Positions 28,459 to 42,609 are shown, counted from the first letter of the stretch. The stretch is DNA of 64,000 nt from the human T2T-CHM13v2.0 reference genome, Homo sapiens (GCF_009914755.1 NC_060929.1); one strand, 5' to 3'. Numbers and translations: made by a program. Notes: generated by a model from the letters alone, not told the origin.

Positions 28459-31129
28459 CTAAAAGGTAGTGTTTAAGCTGAGACTTAAAGGTAAACGAAA
28501 AGTCAGCTCCCTGGGTGAACAAATAAGTTTTGAAGCTGTAAAATCAGAATGATCTGGAGATGTCTAATTCTAATGTGGTTAAAGAACATAATACTTTCTT
28601 TGATTTCAGTTCTTGTGTTTTCTTTAAATCACAATGAATAGTATTGTCTATTTTTATGAACGTTCTATGTACACTGTAAAGAATGTGTGCTTTGCCGCTG
28701 TTGGGTGCTGTATAAGTGTCAATTACATACATTTGGTTGATGGTGGTATTCAATTATTCTGTATCTTTGATGATTTTCCTTTTAGTTTTTTTCTATCGGT
28801 TACTATAAAAAGACTATTGAAGTCTCAAGACATAATAATGGATCTTTTCACATCTTTGGTTCTATCAGTTTTTCCTTTATGTATTCTGAAACTCTATTTT
28901 CTTGGTGAATTGAAGATTTTTATTATTATATAATATCCATCTTATATCACAGGTAATATTTCTTGTTCTGAAGTCTACTTTGTCTGATGTTAACATATAG
29001 CTACTACAGTTTTCTTTTGATTAGTTGTTGTATACCATTTTTGCCATCCATTTACTTTTACTCTAATTATATATAAACTAGGGTTGTTGTAGATAGATAT
29101 GGGTTGTTTTCTTAAAAAATTAAAGATATCTTGACAATCTCTGTATTTCAAGTGATGAGTTTAAAACATTCAAATTTAATAGAATTATCAGCATGTTTAA
29201 ATTTAGATCTACCATTTTACTGCTGGTTTTCTAATTTTTCTTTTTCATTTTTTTGTCTCCCCTTTGCTGCCTTCTTTGGGATTAGGTAAATGCTTTTTTT
29301 TTTCTTTTTCAGTATTCTATTTTAATTTATCATTGAGTTTTTGAAGATATCACTTTGTATAGTATTTTTGGTCGTTTCCCTGTAGGGATTATGACACATA
29401 TACTTACTTTTTTACATTCTATTTAGAGTCAATATTTTATCACTTTAAAGGGTAAGCAGAAAATCATCAAAATATAGGTACATTTATTCTCCTTTTATGT
29501 TGTATATTTTGTTATAATTTATGTTTTTAATCATTGTGCATATTTTAAAGAACTGAAGGAGAGAAGAATAGTCTCTTATATTTTACCAAATCTGTTACTC
29601 TTCCTTTATTCCTGGTGTTACAGGTTTCTTACTGACAGCAAATGCTCTTAGTTTAGTTTCATCAGGAATATCTTTATTTGACTTTCATTTATCAAGAATA
29701 TTTTTACTGGATAAAGATTTCTGAATATAGAATCATTTTTTGCATCACTTAAAAAATGTTGTTCCACTTCCCCTTGACTACCATGTTTCCTTATATAAAA
29801 TATACAGTATTCAAATCAGAATTCTCCATTTGTATTGAGTTTCTGGGTGCATTCAAAAATTTTTTCTTTGTTTTTTAATTTCAGAAGTTTTAGAGTGTAG
29901 ATTTTTTGTAGCTTCTTCTCCTTAGAGTTTCCTGAGCCTCCTCAGGCATCTTTAAGATTTTATCTTTCGCCAAATTAAGGAAGTTTCTGGCTATTTTTCT
30001 TTAGATATTTTTTCTCATACTTTCTTCCTCCTTCTGTGGTTCAGATGACACCAATATTAGGCTTTTTAACATTGTTTCACAGGACTCAGAGGCTCTGTTC
30101 ATTTTTTTTTTAAGTCTCTTTTTACTCTCTTCTTTGAAATAGTTAATTTCTCATGATCGGTATTCAAGTCATCTGCCTCTTTTCCTCTGTTATCTCCATT
30201 ATCCTATTTAGTCCATCCAGTGAATTTTCTCTTTGGACTGTCACATTGTCCAGTTCTAAAATTTCCATTTTTCATCTTCATATATTCTTTCTCTTTGCTG
30301 AGACCTTCTATTTTTCTATTCATTATGAGTCTTTTCATTTGCCTGTTAGAGCATGGTTATAATATCTCTTTAATGTCTTTATCTGATAAATACAACATTC
30401 CTGTCATTTTGATTGTGATATTTTTAATTGTCTTTTTCTTTAAGAGTTAAGAGACGATCACACTGGTTTCTCATATGCCAAATAATTTTAAATTATATCC
30501 TGGGCATTTTGAGAATATGTTATGAGACTCTGATTATGTCTTAAATCATAAGAAAAAGGTTGATTTTCTTCTTATATTAAGCAATCGACCTATTCAGGCT
30601 TATGGAACAAACTCTGATCTGCCTTCTTTGGATTGTGACTCCAATGTCTGCACCATTTCTTTAAGTGTTTTCAATGCTATTTGGATCAGTCTGTGTGTGC
30701 ATTTCCAAGTAGCAATTTTTGGCCTGGGTGATGGTCTTTATTGTAGCTTAGTTTTCAAAGCCTTATTATACCATCTGTGGTCAGATGTTTACATGCTCAG
30801 TTCAGGGTATAGTCCAGCAGTACATACGCAACTTCGTGGTATTCATCTCTCTCTCTTCTCACATTCACTGTCATTCTAACTCTTTCTTCAGCTCCCTCAT
30901 TTTTGCAATCTCCATAATACTTCTCAATTTCCTGAAGCCTCTTTTCCACATCCTCTGGTGAAAAAGCCCAGGCTTTAGTTTACCTGTTCTTCTATGTACT
31001 TCTCATAACTGAGTTTGCATTTTGAGCCAAATAGCAGGAGGACAGCAAGAAGTCAAAGCAACAGGGATCTCCCTTCTGTTCTTAGGATCATGACTCTTCT
31101 GTTAAAAAAAAAAAAAAAAAAAAAAAAAG

Positions 31130-31212
31130 TTAGACTGGGTGCTGTCAATACTGTCACATTGGGGATTAAGTTTAAACATGAATTTCAAAGGGAACAAACA
31201 TTCAAACCATGA
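31130..31212 (-). mobile_element. MST/MLT1A LTR fragment
   Basis: aatactgtcacattggggattaagtttaaacatgaattt...aacaaacattcaaaccat. Confidence 0.7.
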
Positions 31213-31299
31213 GATCACTTTATTTGCATTTTTCCTTCAATTCCCTTTTCAATCCTATGAAATGTAGGCATCACTATTTCCAATAATAATCAGAGACAT

Positions 31300-31445
31300 G
31301 GCTGGGCATGGTGGCTAACACCTGTAATCCCAGCACTTTTGGAAGTACAGTTGAGAGGATTGCTTGAGCCAAGGAGTTCAAGACCAGCCTGGGCAACATA
31401 GTAAGTCCTGGTCTCTATAAAATAAACATAAGAAAATTAAAAAAG
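31300..31445 (+). mobile_element. FLAM_C / left Alu monomer
   Basis: ggctgggcatggtggct...gaggattgcttgagccaaggagttcaagaccagcctgggcaacatag followed by an A-rich tail. Confidence 0.9.
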
Positions 31446-31894
31446 AAAGGAAAAAGAAATGTTCCCTCTCCTACTTTTAGGTGTCTGTTGAACTACCATT
31501 ATTAATGCTTCAGCTATAGAATTCTCTCAGGGCTAGAGTACAGGAGATAATGGAAAAAAGAAAGAAAAATAGCCACCAAGATTTCTCCCACTCTCTGTTT
31601 GAGAAGTCCCGTTTCCTATTTCATGAAGCTCCTGGAGCTCTTTCTGCCTTCATCCAGCCTGCAATTTTATGCTGCCTTTGTTTCTAGGCCAGGAAATACA
31701 GGAGAGGGGAAAAATGGCAATTTCACCACCAGTTTAGTGATACCTTGAATTACCATCTTTTTTTCCAATCTACCTCCTACCATTTATTCTTTACAGTCCT
31801 CAGATATCTGTACTTAGTCTTGCATTAAGTGAGAGAGACCCTGTTCAGGAACCTCCATATTTTGGCCTGCTAAAAAAAAACAGAATTTAAAAAG

Positions 31895-32410
31895 GTGACC
31901 AGAGAAGAGTGAGTGATGGAAATTGAAGGAAGGGAGTGCAGTTGGGGATCATAGACAGGAGCAAGATCATAAATAGAGGGTGTTTGGATTTCATTCTAAT
32001 AACAAGAAATTTCTAAAGAATTTAATCAGGACATAGATATAATATGTATATTACAAAAAGATCACTTGTACTGCTGTATGGAGAATGAATCGTAGGAATT
32101 TAAGATGTTTGTTGGTGGTTTAAACATTGAATACCAGTTGCATAGAGAAAAAGCATTTTCAAGGTGGGGCACAATAATTTGTCAATGGATTACATATGGG
32201 GAAAGAGGAAAGCAAAGCGATAAGGATGGTGCTGACATTTTTACCTTCAACAACTGGACAGGCAACAGTGACATTTACTGATATGAAAAAGATGGGGAAA
32301 AAGCAAGAATTAGAGCTGAATGTAGAGGGGTTTTTGATCCTTTGGATGTGCTACGTTTGATACACCAATCATGCACCCAATTGGAGATGTCAACTAGGCA
32401 GTTCGAGTCA
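31895..32410 (-). mobile_element. L2 fragment (continuation of the L2 at 27.5-28.5 kb)
   Basis: tttggatttcattc...aaaaagatcact...gctgtatggagaatga...caactggac...acatttactga...ggagatgtcaactaggcagt. Confidence 0.7.
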
Positions 32411-32690
32411 TTCTATTCCATTATCGTGAGTGCTACTGATGGTGAACTATGTTGGATATATTTGGCATAGGTTAAACAAACAAACAAACAAACAGAACAT
32501 ATAAAAGAGCATGCATAAAACACTCAAATATATTTCTCTATTTCTCACAAATACTCATGATGGGTCAGTAGTGCCATGTTACTATAAGCAGAAATCATCC
32601 TATATTTTCCTGGAAGCTTATCAGACTCACATTTGTTGGTGATGGGTTGCTTGGAGGTAATTTCATAAGAAGCCTAAAGTTCTTAAATTT

Positions 32691-33004
32691 TATTTTTATT
32701 TTATTTATTTATTTTTTGAGACAGAGTCTTGCTCAGATGCCGAGGCTGGAGTGCAGTGGCACCATCTCAGCTCACTGCAAGCTCCACCTCCCAGGGTTCA
32801 CGCCATTCTCCTGCCTCAGGCTCCCGAGTAGCTGGGACTACAGGCGCCCGCCACCACACCTGGCTAATTTTTATTTTTTATTTTTTAGTAGAGATGGGTT
32901 TTCACCGTGTTAGCCAGGATGGTCTCGATCTCCTGATCTTGTGATCTGCCCGCCTCGGCCTCCCAAAGTGCTGGGATTACAGGCATGAGCCACCACGCCT
33001 GGCC
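32691..33004 (-). mobile_element. AluY (full-length)
   Basis: caccgtgttagccaggatggtctcgatctcc. TSD taaagttcttaaattt / taaagtgcttagattt. Confidence 0.97.
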
Positions 33005-34109
33005 TAAAGTGCTTAGATTTTATTATATTACTTATAGCTGTAAACCAATATTTGTTTTTGGTCTCTTTTATAATCAAAGTACAATATGATGCACTACTTC
33101 TCAATGTCTGAGTTATTTGAAACAGAAAAAGATCTTCCGGTACTTTTAACAGTTCACATTGTTCTTTCTCAGGCCTTGTCACTTTGATGCCTCTCTGCCT
33201 GTGTGTGATTAACAGATGATTCCTTATCCTTCATTTAGTCTTCTGGTCTCTAATGAGTAACTATTATTCAGAACACCGCTTAATGAAAAAAGACTTACTG
33301 CTTTCTGGATCTTTTTTATTGTCTAAGGTTTAGAACTTGAGGACCACCTGGATTCCTACTTGCTAACAAATCATGACATTCTTTCAACTCCTCATTACAT
33401 CTGAATTATTAGCCTAAATCAGGAAATGTGCACACACAAATGCACACACACAAACATATACACTGTACAAATATATGTGCATACACACATATTCCCTGTG
33501 GTGAGCAAGATAGGATGGCCCTATACTTTTGACATTCTATCCGGATCTCTCAGGAGGAGGGATGTAACAGGAGCCATGTTCCTCCAGAAATAAGACAGTG
33601 AGACAGAATGGCATCTAATTAAAATGTTTATGGCATTTCCCATGAGATATAAGCCACTGACATTTTCCAGACTGCAAGCCAAGAAATGCTTAGGATTATA
33701 CAGATGTACTTTGCAATCTACAATTGCCATGCAATGAAAACATAGCTTAGACACAGTTCAGGAAATATAGATTGGTTAACCTTTCTTTAGAACTCAGAAA
33801 TTAAAAGTTAGGTCCTATGAGAATTTATGGTAAGTTGAGCAGCTCATCTCTTCTCAAAGTAAATCAAGAATCCATTTTCTCTTTTCCATAAGTCATCTTC
33901 CTCTAGAGTAGTTTCTCTCATCTGTATCTGAGGCTGCCAAAACCGCAGCTGCTTCATTATATCTCCTACTCCCAACTGCTGTACTCTTCCTGCTAATTCT
34001 CACAGTTTGGCAGTCCTACACTATCATATTTCCAAGAGGTGAACGATGATGCTGACCTCAGCTCTCTTAACCTCAGCTCTCTGTCCATTCCTCAGTTTCT
34101 CATAATATC

Positions 34110-34350
34110 AGTCATTCATGCCTTTGAATAAATGTTTATCGAGCAACTAACTACCCTGTTCCAGGCACCCTTAGAATGATGAGATGTGTCAGTAATCAAA
34201 GGAGACATAACTTCTGTTCTCCTGCAGCTTACATTCTGAGGGGGAGAAGGAACAAATAATTAACAAGAAATAAGCAAAGAACATTATTTTCTGTGGTGGT
34301 GAATACCATGAAGAAAATAAAACAAGCTAGGGGAAAAGATAGTGCTAATG
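34110..34350 (-). mobile_element. L2 3' end
   Basis: cattcatgcc...aaatgtttatcgagca...ccaggcacc...ctcctgcagcttacattctgagggg. Confidence 0.7.
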
Positions 34351-35386
34351 AGAAGAGTAATTTGGTCCTTTACCTTCAATCCTTCAGCATGCAAGTCTTC
34401 ACTTCCTTCCTTCAAGGATTGGTATTGCCCTAGAATTGATTCTTTCACTCACAGAGGCATTCATGAAGACCCCAAATGCTCAGCTTATTTTTCATAGTTC
34501 ATTTTTATTAGTCTAAAATAACTGTTTTAGGCTGAAAATGGAGAGCGCACTTTGTCACTCCAAGCTTAATTTCCTATCGGCAATGGATGTAAGTCTTTGC
34601 GTTATTATGCAAAGCATCATCAATTCTTGCTTTTTCACTCTCTGAGACCTGAAGATTTTTCGGTACATTTTCTAATAGAGACATCTATCTGTTGCTTCTA
34701 CTTATATTATTTTTCCAAAAATTCTGCAGAACCTTTGTGAGGAAACTAAGCATTCCTGTACATTGAGCTAGACTTGATTGTTAAGCAAAATTCCTTCCTT
34801 TACTAATCACTATAAGTGGAAAGGTGGCAATATATAGTATTCTCCCTTTGTGCAGAGAAGTGGATTGCAGTGGGATGGAAGAGAGGAAATATTTTACTAT
34901 TTCATTAAAATAAGATAGAATATGCTTTGGAACTAAAGAAAGCATTCCATATGAACATTTCTATTAAACTGAGTTTTACCTAGAAAATCCGCAGACATGT
35001 TTAGAAGCTAAGTATGAATTTGGATAAAGCATCAATATAAGAAAGCATTCTTAACTATTAATAAACCTCCAAAGACTGTATGCTAAAGATAGCTTTTAAG
35101 TGGCTGTTAACTTTAATCAGGAATATTTTCTAAAACTGCTTATATTTATTTACACCTTCTCTCCAAAAGGACTCATGGAAAACATCTTTTGGGTTTTTTT
35201 TATTTTTTTTTAAACTTGTGATAGTCACCACTCAGCTAATGTCCAACAGGCATTCTATTGGCCTTTCCATATGTCCAATGCATAGCAATATATATGCCTA
35301 AAAGCAGAATATAATTGGGATCACCTTGGCATACACACTTTCGCAATAGACCTAAGCAGAAAGCTATATAAGACATACTGCTTCTC

Positions 35387-35781
35387 GGCCCGGCGCAGTG
35401 GCTCACGCCTGTAATCCCAACACTTTAGGAGGCCGAGGCGGGTGGATCACGGTGTCAGGAGATCGAGACCATCCTGGCTAACACGGTGAAACCCCGTCTC
35501 TACTAAAAATAAAAAAAAAAAAAAACTAAAAAAAAAAAAAAAAAAAAATTACCCAGTGTGGTGGCAGGCGCCTGTAGTCCCAGCTGCAGTCGGTGTGGTA
35601 GCAGAGCTACAGCTGGGCATGGTGGCAGGCGCCTCCGTCCAGACTAAGGCAGGAGAATGGCGTGAACCCGGGAGGCGGAGCTTGCAGGGGGCCGAGATCA
35701 CGCCGCTGCACTCCAGCCTGGGCGACAGAGTGAGACTCCGTCTCAAAAAAGAACAAAAAACACAACAAACAAAAAACCCAC
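35387..35781 (+). mobile_element. AluY with expanded middle A-tract and reiterated right-arm start
   Basis: AluY diagnostics present. TSD catactgcttct (35374-35385) / catacttcttct (35782-35793). Atypical internal segment at 35505-35645. Confidence 0.95.
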
Positions 35782-36590
35782 CATACTTCTTCTTAGGTAT
35801 CAGTAGCAGGGTTTGAGAGGTCATGATAGATGATAGATCTCTATTTTATATTGCAATGGAATATATTAGCCACATGGCAAAAGGGGTTACATATGCAGTC
35901 TAGATTCAAGAATACCAAACTATATGAGGTTTGAAAACAATTTCAGAGCAATGGAATTCCATTCGTCTAATTTTATTTTTTCTTTTAAATTCAAAACACA
36001 TTCATTGACATAACGTAGGAATTGTAGATAAGCAATTTTAAAAAGACTTAGCATTGTTAAAACCTTAGGACATTTTTCAAAAGCCTCTTTTTTATAGAAA
36101 TTGTGATTTTGTATTTTTCTAGTAGTCTGATCTCTTTTCCCTTATACCTGGCACTGTGCAAGATTCAATGGTGAGCAAAAATTATTTAGTTTCTGCTCTC
36201 AGATTCTAGAAAATAATGTAAGTATCTTTCCATGTTGATACATATTCATTATCACATGAATACCTAAGTCTATACTTTATGTATTATTTAACCTTGTCCC
36301 ATGCAGACATTTCATTTTTCTCTACCTTTTTTCATTATTCACAATAATTCTCCTGTGGAAATCCTGGAAGCAAATGTCTCTTTCCTCCCACCCAGTTCAA
36401 TTTGACTTCCTACCTTCTCCTCTAATTTAGTGCCAGCTGTTGATCTGATTGTATCATGTGCACTGCTGTAGAAATGTGCACTATTGTAAGAAGTGCTTTG
36501 TATGCAAACCAAAAGAATTGTGTAATTCAAAGTCTGTAGTGGTTTTTGATGCCATCATATTCAGCCAGCAATACTTTAAAAGCCAATTCA

Positions 36591-36897
36591 GGTGGCACGC
36601 AGTGGCTCATGCCTGTAATCCCATCACTTTGGGAGGCTGAGACAGGCAGATCACTTGAGGCCAGAAGTTCGAGACCAGCTTGGCCAACATGGTGAAACCT
36701 CATCTCTGATAAAAATATGAAAATTAGCCATGCCTGGTGGTGCAAGCTTGTAATCCCAGCTACTCAGGACTCTGAGGCATGAGAATAAGTTGAACCCAGT
36801 AGGTGGCGTTCTCAGTGAGCCGAGATCATGCCACTGTACTCCAGGCTGGACAAAAGAACAAGACTCCATCTGAAAATAAATAAATTAATTAAATAAA
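36591..36897 (+). mobile_element. Older Alu (Sz/J-like)
   Basis: Full dimer with TSD taaaagccaattca at 36577 and 36898. Confidence 0.96.
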
Positions 36898-38530
36898 TAA
36901 AAGCCAATTCAGGGAAAATCAACTTTCCAGATACTGAATTTATGGAATGACTTAATTTTAAACACCTAGCACTTCCTCATTTCTGGACATTTTATATAAA
37001 TGAATGAGCTTTCCCTTAAACATAGATTATTTTTCTTTAGCTTGAATACTTACACTTTCTGAGAATTGATCATTTGACAAATTGACTTCAGACATATTGC
37101 TTACCCCTCCCCCAGTGAAACATTGCTGAAAAAATGGCTTGTACTTGGAGGAGTGCAGGTAGTAATACTTACTTATCCAACGTCATACTACCATCCCTTT
37201 CTGTAGCCTCACAAGGATTTATATACATGAATCAAAGCAATAAGCTCACAGAGCTCATCTTCCTTTCTCATAGTATCAAGGTTTACCCTGATAGGTGGAA
37301 GAAGGAAGTGATAAATATAACAATATCTAATCTCATGTCCATGAATAAAGAGGGCTTCCTAAGTTTGATTTATAAATGATCATTAGACCTGGCACTTATA
37401 GCCTATATGATTTTTCAAAGAGATCAGTTTTGCCTGCAAAGCATGAATGCAATAAGCTGAGTCATCATCTCCAATATTTCACCCAATTGCTGAATTCAAG
37501 GATAGGTAGTAGAAATGGTCTTCAGAAAGTTTTCTCATTCTAAAACACTTAGATCTGCAGTCACAGCTGGACTTCATACGGTTTCAAAGCCACACAGCTG
37601 CTTAAGAAACCCCATGACTCTGCCTTGATAAATAGTGGTTCCTTGAAAGTTTGAAAAGCCAGAAATGAAATCCTAATTTCAGATAATAGAAATATAAATC
37701 AGAATCTCTTCTGTGCTTTGCATTTGCATGGAAGGTGATGGTAAATTTTGTTCTTTTTCTATCCTTTTATCTATTCTTTGTTGAGCATATGGAAGCTACA
37801 GGCAGCCTATGAGTGCAAATATTTACTAGGCTTGAGAATAAGAGGAACAAACACAATCTAAGGAAATAAATACATTGCACTATATAGAATTTAAAGTAAA
37901 CATTACGTAAAGTGGGCATAATTCATCCTTTGTTTTCCTACTAGATAAGAAAAATCATATAGCAAAGCATAATGTAAGATGCGGTAGTTACCATACATTT
38001 AGTATAATGGCTTAAACACATTTTCTCTGTAGGAAGTATTCCTATGATAATAGGGCAATATGAAAAATTGCCTGTGATAAAAATAAAATATGAATGCAAA
38101 AGATTACTCAGTGTCTATGACACCCTAAATACAATATTATATTATGCAAATATCCATTTATTCATAATATATACACACTGTGAAATCATATTAAGTAAAT
38201 ATCAATATGTAATTCCATGGAGTTTCCTATGATTATTTTCTAAAATATTAAACTTAACATTTAATAAGTTCAAAGTCTTTTGCCCCACTTTAGTGCCTCA
38301 GGTTTTGAATTTAAAAGCTCTTACATTTTATAATACCAACATGCAAATAAACACCAGCCTAGCCATTAAAAAGCATTAATCAAGTGTTGTTTATACTGTC
38401 TGAGCTCGTCTAGAATGTACAGACAATGTTAACTCTTTTCTGAATGTATGTGAGATTGCAACAAAGGAAGTTTATGTTAACCAAAATGCTCAGATAATAA
38501 ACTATTCAGCCACCTTTATTAACATATGCT

Positions 38531-38980
38531 GTGTAGCAGATCCCACTATTTGCCCACTCAGGATCTATTTGCTCCTTCTGCCTTGCTTAGAGTACCCTGC
38601 TTTGGTTTATGGAGGAAGATAGATAATGATTAACATAACCCAACATGAGAATTATTTTTCCTGCTTTGACATTCGCCTTTGCAACTAGTGGTGATCTTGG
38701 GACGCAGTTGAGGTTAGTGAGGCTCAGAAGAAAGTCTATTGGAGGAAGTGGGGTGACTTTCCTCGTAAATTAGTACAGATATAGCTGCCCCCTTTTTCTC
38801 ATTCTTGCTGTGAACATGGCCGTGATATCTGGATTTGTAGCAACATCTTGGAACTAGGAGACAGATATGAGAAAGAATTCAAGCATCTACACTATGGCAG
38901 AGTGGAAAGATAGAAAAATCCATTTCTAACCCACACTTCACTTCATTTACTTAAAAGATAAAAACTCTCTAACTCATAAG
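38531..38980 (+). mobile_element. Ancient ERVL LTR (LTR33/LTR16-like)
   Basis: tgtagcagat...tgcccac...gcaactagtggtg...gtgatatctggatttgtagcaacatcttgg...atggcagagtggaaagatagaaa. Confidence 0.55.
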
Positions 38981-39794
38981 GACTTTTTCTAATGCTTATT
39001 TTCCAAACTAAATTCTATATCTTTAAATGTCCACAAAAGACTTCCTTAATATAGCAGAAGTTTAAGTGGACAACTCTACCATGATTCGGGCTTTCATATC
39101 CAGATTTTATATATAAAAATGTATAGCTCTATTAATACATGTCAAGTCTGCATTTTGCGAGGGCTGTTCATTTAGCTTTGTCACTTTTCTATTTCCTTGG
39201 CCGAGTTTCTTTTCTCTAGTATTCTCCCCCAAATGGAAGCTAAAAATATCCAAAATCTATAACAAAAGGACCTCAAAGATAATACAACAGGACAAACGGA
39301 ATCTAGTTTTCCAGATACTTTGGGGAGTCCATCATGCCTAATTCTTTGCTGCCACACTGGCAATGAGAATTGAGGATGATCTTGTCTTCCCTTGGGCAGC
39401 CGGCTCAGGAGGCTTTGTATGAGGCATGGGGGTGCTACTGCAAATGGTATGGTACATGCAGTAGACAGTAAGAATTGATGGCAAAGATAAATAAAACATC
39501 TGTTCATATCAGGTGTGCACTGGGTGAATATCAGCTCTGAATATAGATACAAATAAAATGTAATATTGATTGCTATGGTTATAAATGTTTTATAAACAGA
39601 TTGTGTGTTTTTCTTAGCATTGAAAGGAAACTAGAGAGGAAATAATTTGAAGCAGAAGCAAAGGAGAAGTAAAAAGTATATAAATATAGGTTTCAGTTGC
39701 CACTTACAAAATATAACTAACTAATTTGACCCAAGGTAGAGTTTAACATACTGAAGTCAGCTCAAGGTTAGGAAAGACAAAAAAAAAAAGGTTA

Positions 39795-39975
39795 AAGGTA
39801 GAGAAAGTGATGAAGTCAAATGCTGCTAATATGTCAAGTAGTATGAGGGCCCAAAATTAATCATTATATTTAATTACATGGAGTCATTGGTGATCCTCAG
39901 AAAAGCAATTTCTATGGAGTGTTTCGGTGTACAAGCCTGATTGGAGAGAGTTCAAAAGTAAATAAATGGAGGAAC
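39795..39975 (-). mobile_element. L2 fragment
   Basis: gtcaaatgctgct...tcaagtagtatgagg...ggagtcattggtga...agcaatttc...aagcctgattgga. Confidence 0.65.
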
Positions 39976-39984
39976 AAGTTTATC

Positions 39985-40460
39985 CACATCACGAGCAAGC
40001 AATGAGCCAAATCTGGGATGCAGGACATTCTACAGCACAACTGGCCTGGCTCTTCAAACAAGTGAATGACGTGGAAAAAAGGGGGTAGGAAGAAAGGTTG
40101 TTTTAGATTAAAGGATATCTAAGAGCTGTAGCAACCAAATAAAAACTGTGGTACTTATTTGTATCCTGATTAAAACAAACTAGAAAGTTGGAGAAGGTTA
40201 AATATGGACTGTTTATTAAACGGGATTAAGTAATTACTGTTAATTGTGTTCAGTGTCCTAATACATTTGTGGCATGTAAAGAAATGTCCTTTATGTTATT
40301 TTTGTTGCATTCTGAAGAATTTGGGGGATGAAATTATATGCTCTTTTGTATTAGTTTTGGAATTCAGGAATAAGAGAGGGGGCATGGGAAATAAAAAGGA
40401 TACAATACAAAGATGCCAGGCTTCAGACAGATCTGTATTGAAATTTGGGGTCTGCTCATT
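39985..40460 (+). mobile_element. L1MC4/5-like 3' end
   Basis: ggacattctacagcacaactggcctggctcttcaa, tagattaaagg...caaccaaat, aatatggactg...attaagtaattactgttaatt. Confidence 0.7.
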
Positions 40461-42609
40461 GTTGCCTTTATAAGACATGGTACAGTAAGGCATCTAGTGA
40501 TGGGAATATAAATGAGTGCGTAGCAATAGGTATTTGTTAAATGAATGAATGGATGAACAGTGAATCAGTGATAGTGGATTATGATGAATTCCAGTACTTT
40601 GTAAACAAAAAAGTTGGGGGACATACGCATACACAACTAAAACTATTCTTCTATCATAATGTAAATTGCACTCTACATAAAATATGAAACAAGAATGAGA
40701 CTCGACTAACTCTGATAATCATCTATATACTAATCGCATCTATATCTTAATGAATGCTTAATCTTATGCATTCGTTGAACACCTGTTCTGGATAAGGCGC
40801 TGGGCTTGGCATTTGGAAAATATAGTGAAGGCATAGTCAAAGTCTCTGCCATTTAAAAATATGTAAACTATCTGGAGTTGGGAAGGGAGGCATATGCTTG
40901 AATCCCAGGCAGATAGAAATTAGTCAATAGATGTTTGAGTAACACAGTGAGAGGAAACAGAGAAAGGATTTTTTTTTCTGGATGGGTAAAGCAGGAAAGT
41001 CCTCATGATTTAAATAAAATTTGAAATTAGAGACTACATGTCTTAGCAAGATCTGGTTGTGGTGTCTTGTTTTTTCCTGGCAACGAGAAAGAGATTACAC
41101 AAATCAAGAGTTTATTTATTACTAGTCATCAGGTATTAAAACAGCCTTTGGTCCTTAAGCTTTGATCCTAAGTGATTTTTTTTTCTTATGAACCAGCATT
41201 TATCTGACCATTGACTCACACACTCCCCAAAGCATATTGTAAGAGTCACTTCCCTTTGTAAAGAGCTGCCACTTCACTCTCCAAAAATATATTAGGATGA
41301 ATAAAAAATATAAAGACCAAAGATGTTTTAAATCATTATGCAAATAAACAGCTCCCACTCAAATGTGGGAAAGGGCAATGTGAATGCTGGTGGTGGCTCT
41401 ATAGATACTTGAGCTTTGCAAGGACAAGAAGGGACAGTGCTGTTGCTGCTATGGTTGGCGCTGGATTCACTTTTACCTGTGCATGATGTGCCCTACTGAG
41501 CTCTGTTTCCCACCCTTTTTATTTAGATAAGGATGAACAATCTGTGGGGGAAAATTTACTCTAACTTGCTTAATCGTTAGCTTCTATTCCAGCAAAATGT
41601 TAGAGTAAAAATGGAAGGACAAGGAGAAAATAACACTTCAAAAGAGCACAACTGAGTTAGTGTTGAAGGATACTTAGGCTGTTAGATGGCAGAGTTCTGA
41701 AAAATGAATAGATACGTCACTGCAGTACAAAAGCCAAAGCCTTTTATTTACCAATTCCCTTGTGTTTAGTTAGGAGTTCAAAGGGTTTTGAAAGCACTCC
41801 TCCGTAAATTAAAATACTCTCCAGATGTTTTGGCACTGTAAATGGCCAGGCTAAAACTCACTTTTAATGAACTGTATTTTAATGTCAGTCTTTCTCCTGT
41901 CTCCTTAAATGACAAAGAACTCATCTGACTTTGTAATGAATGCTCAACTGCTCCATTACCAATTCTGCCATTTATTGTGCCTCTGTATTTTCCTGCAAAT
42001 TCATGGTGATTTTAGATGTATCGAGGAGGAGAAAGGTTGGGAGATTTAGAAAGAAAATAAACCTAGAATCAGTGGGACATGAACTCTCTGCGTAGAATAC
42101 AAAAACCTAGTTGTGACAATTTCCTTACAGGAAACTGAAGGTTTGAAGGCCAGAGGAAACATAAATAAATACAGAGGATATTGAACAGAATAAATAACCT
42201 GAGACTACAAGCTTAGAATCCATGACTTTGAGTTGGCTGTAATTCCTGTATCACATTCTTGATACTTAGAATCAAAGGTTTAAAGAAAATTGTGTCCAGA
42301 GGTTTCACAGAACTCAGCTTCAGGATTATTTGGATCAATGTATTTAGAATTGCTTTTGTTTTGTAAACTTACATATATATGACTTTTTTTTCTCTACTGT
42401 TCTGCCCAGTGAATTATAAAACCACTGACATCATGACTAGATGAAATGTTATATAATTTTCTTTATCAGTTCCTCCTTTCAGAAGTCCTGATATATTCAA
42501 TATTTGCATCATTTTGCCACATCAGATCTTTGAAAGGCTTTATGCTGTTTTGATATTTTGAGTTTTGATAGCAATACTTTTATACGTTGAGTAACATATA
42601 TGTTCAACA

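Larger units (their letters stand above)
28570..31860 (-). mobile_element. L1M (MC/MD-like) 5' half: endonuclease region, ORF1 and 5' UTR, decayed
   Basis: gaatgtgtgctttgccgctgttgggtg, ttgttctgaagtctactttgtctgat, tttatttgactttcattt, ggctctgttcatttt, and a 5'UTR-like block at 31500-31850. Confidence 0.8.

Noticed and set aside
39181-39552. 123-aa ORF, and similar ORFs at 42737, 52121, 54405, 59956 and 60170
   Set aside because: No recognisable domain. Several overlap THE1, MIR or L2. Lengths are within chance expectation for 64 kb.
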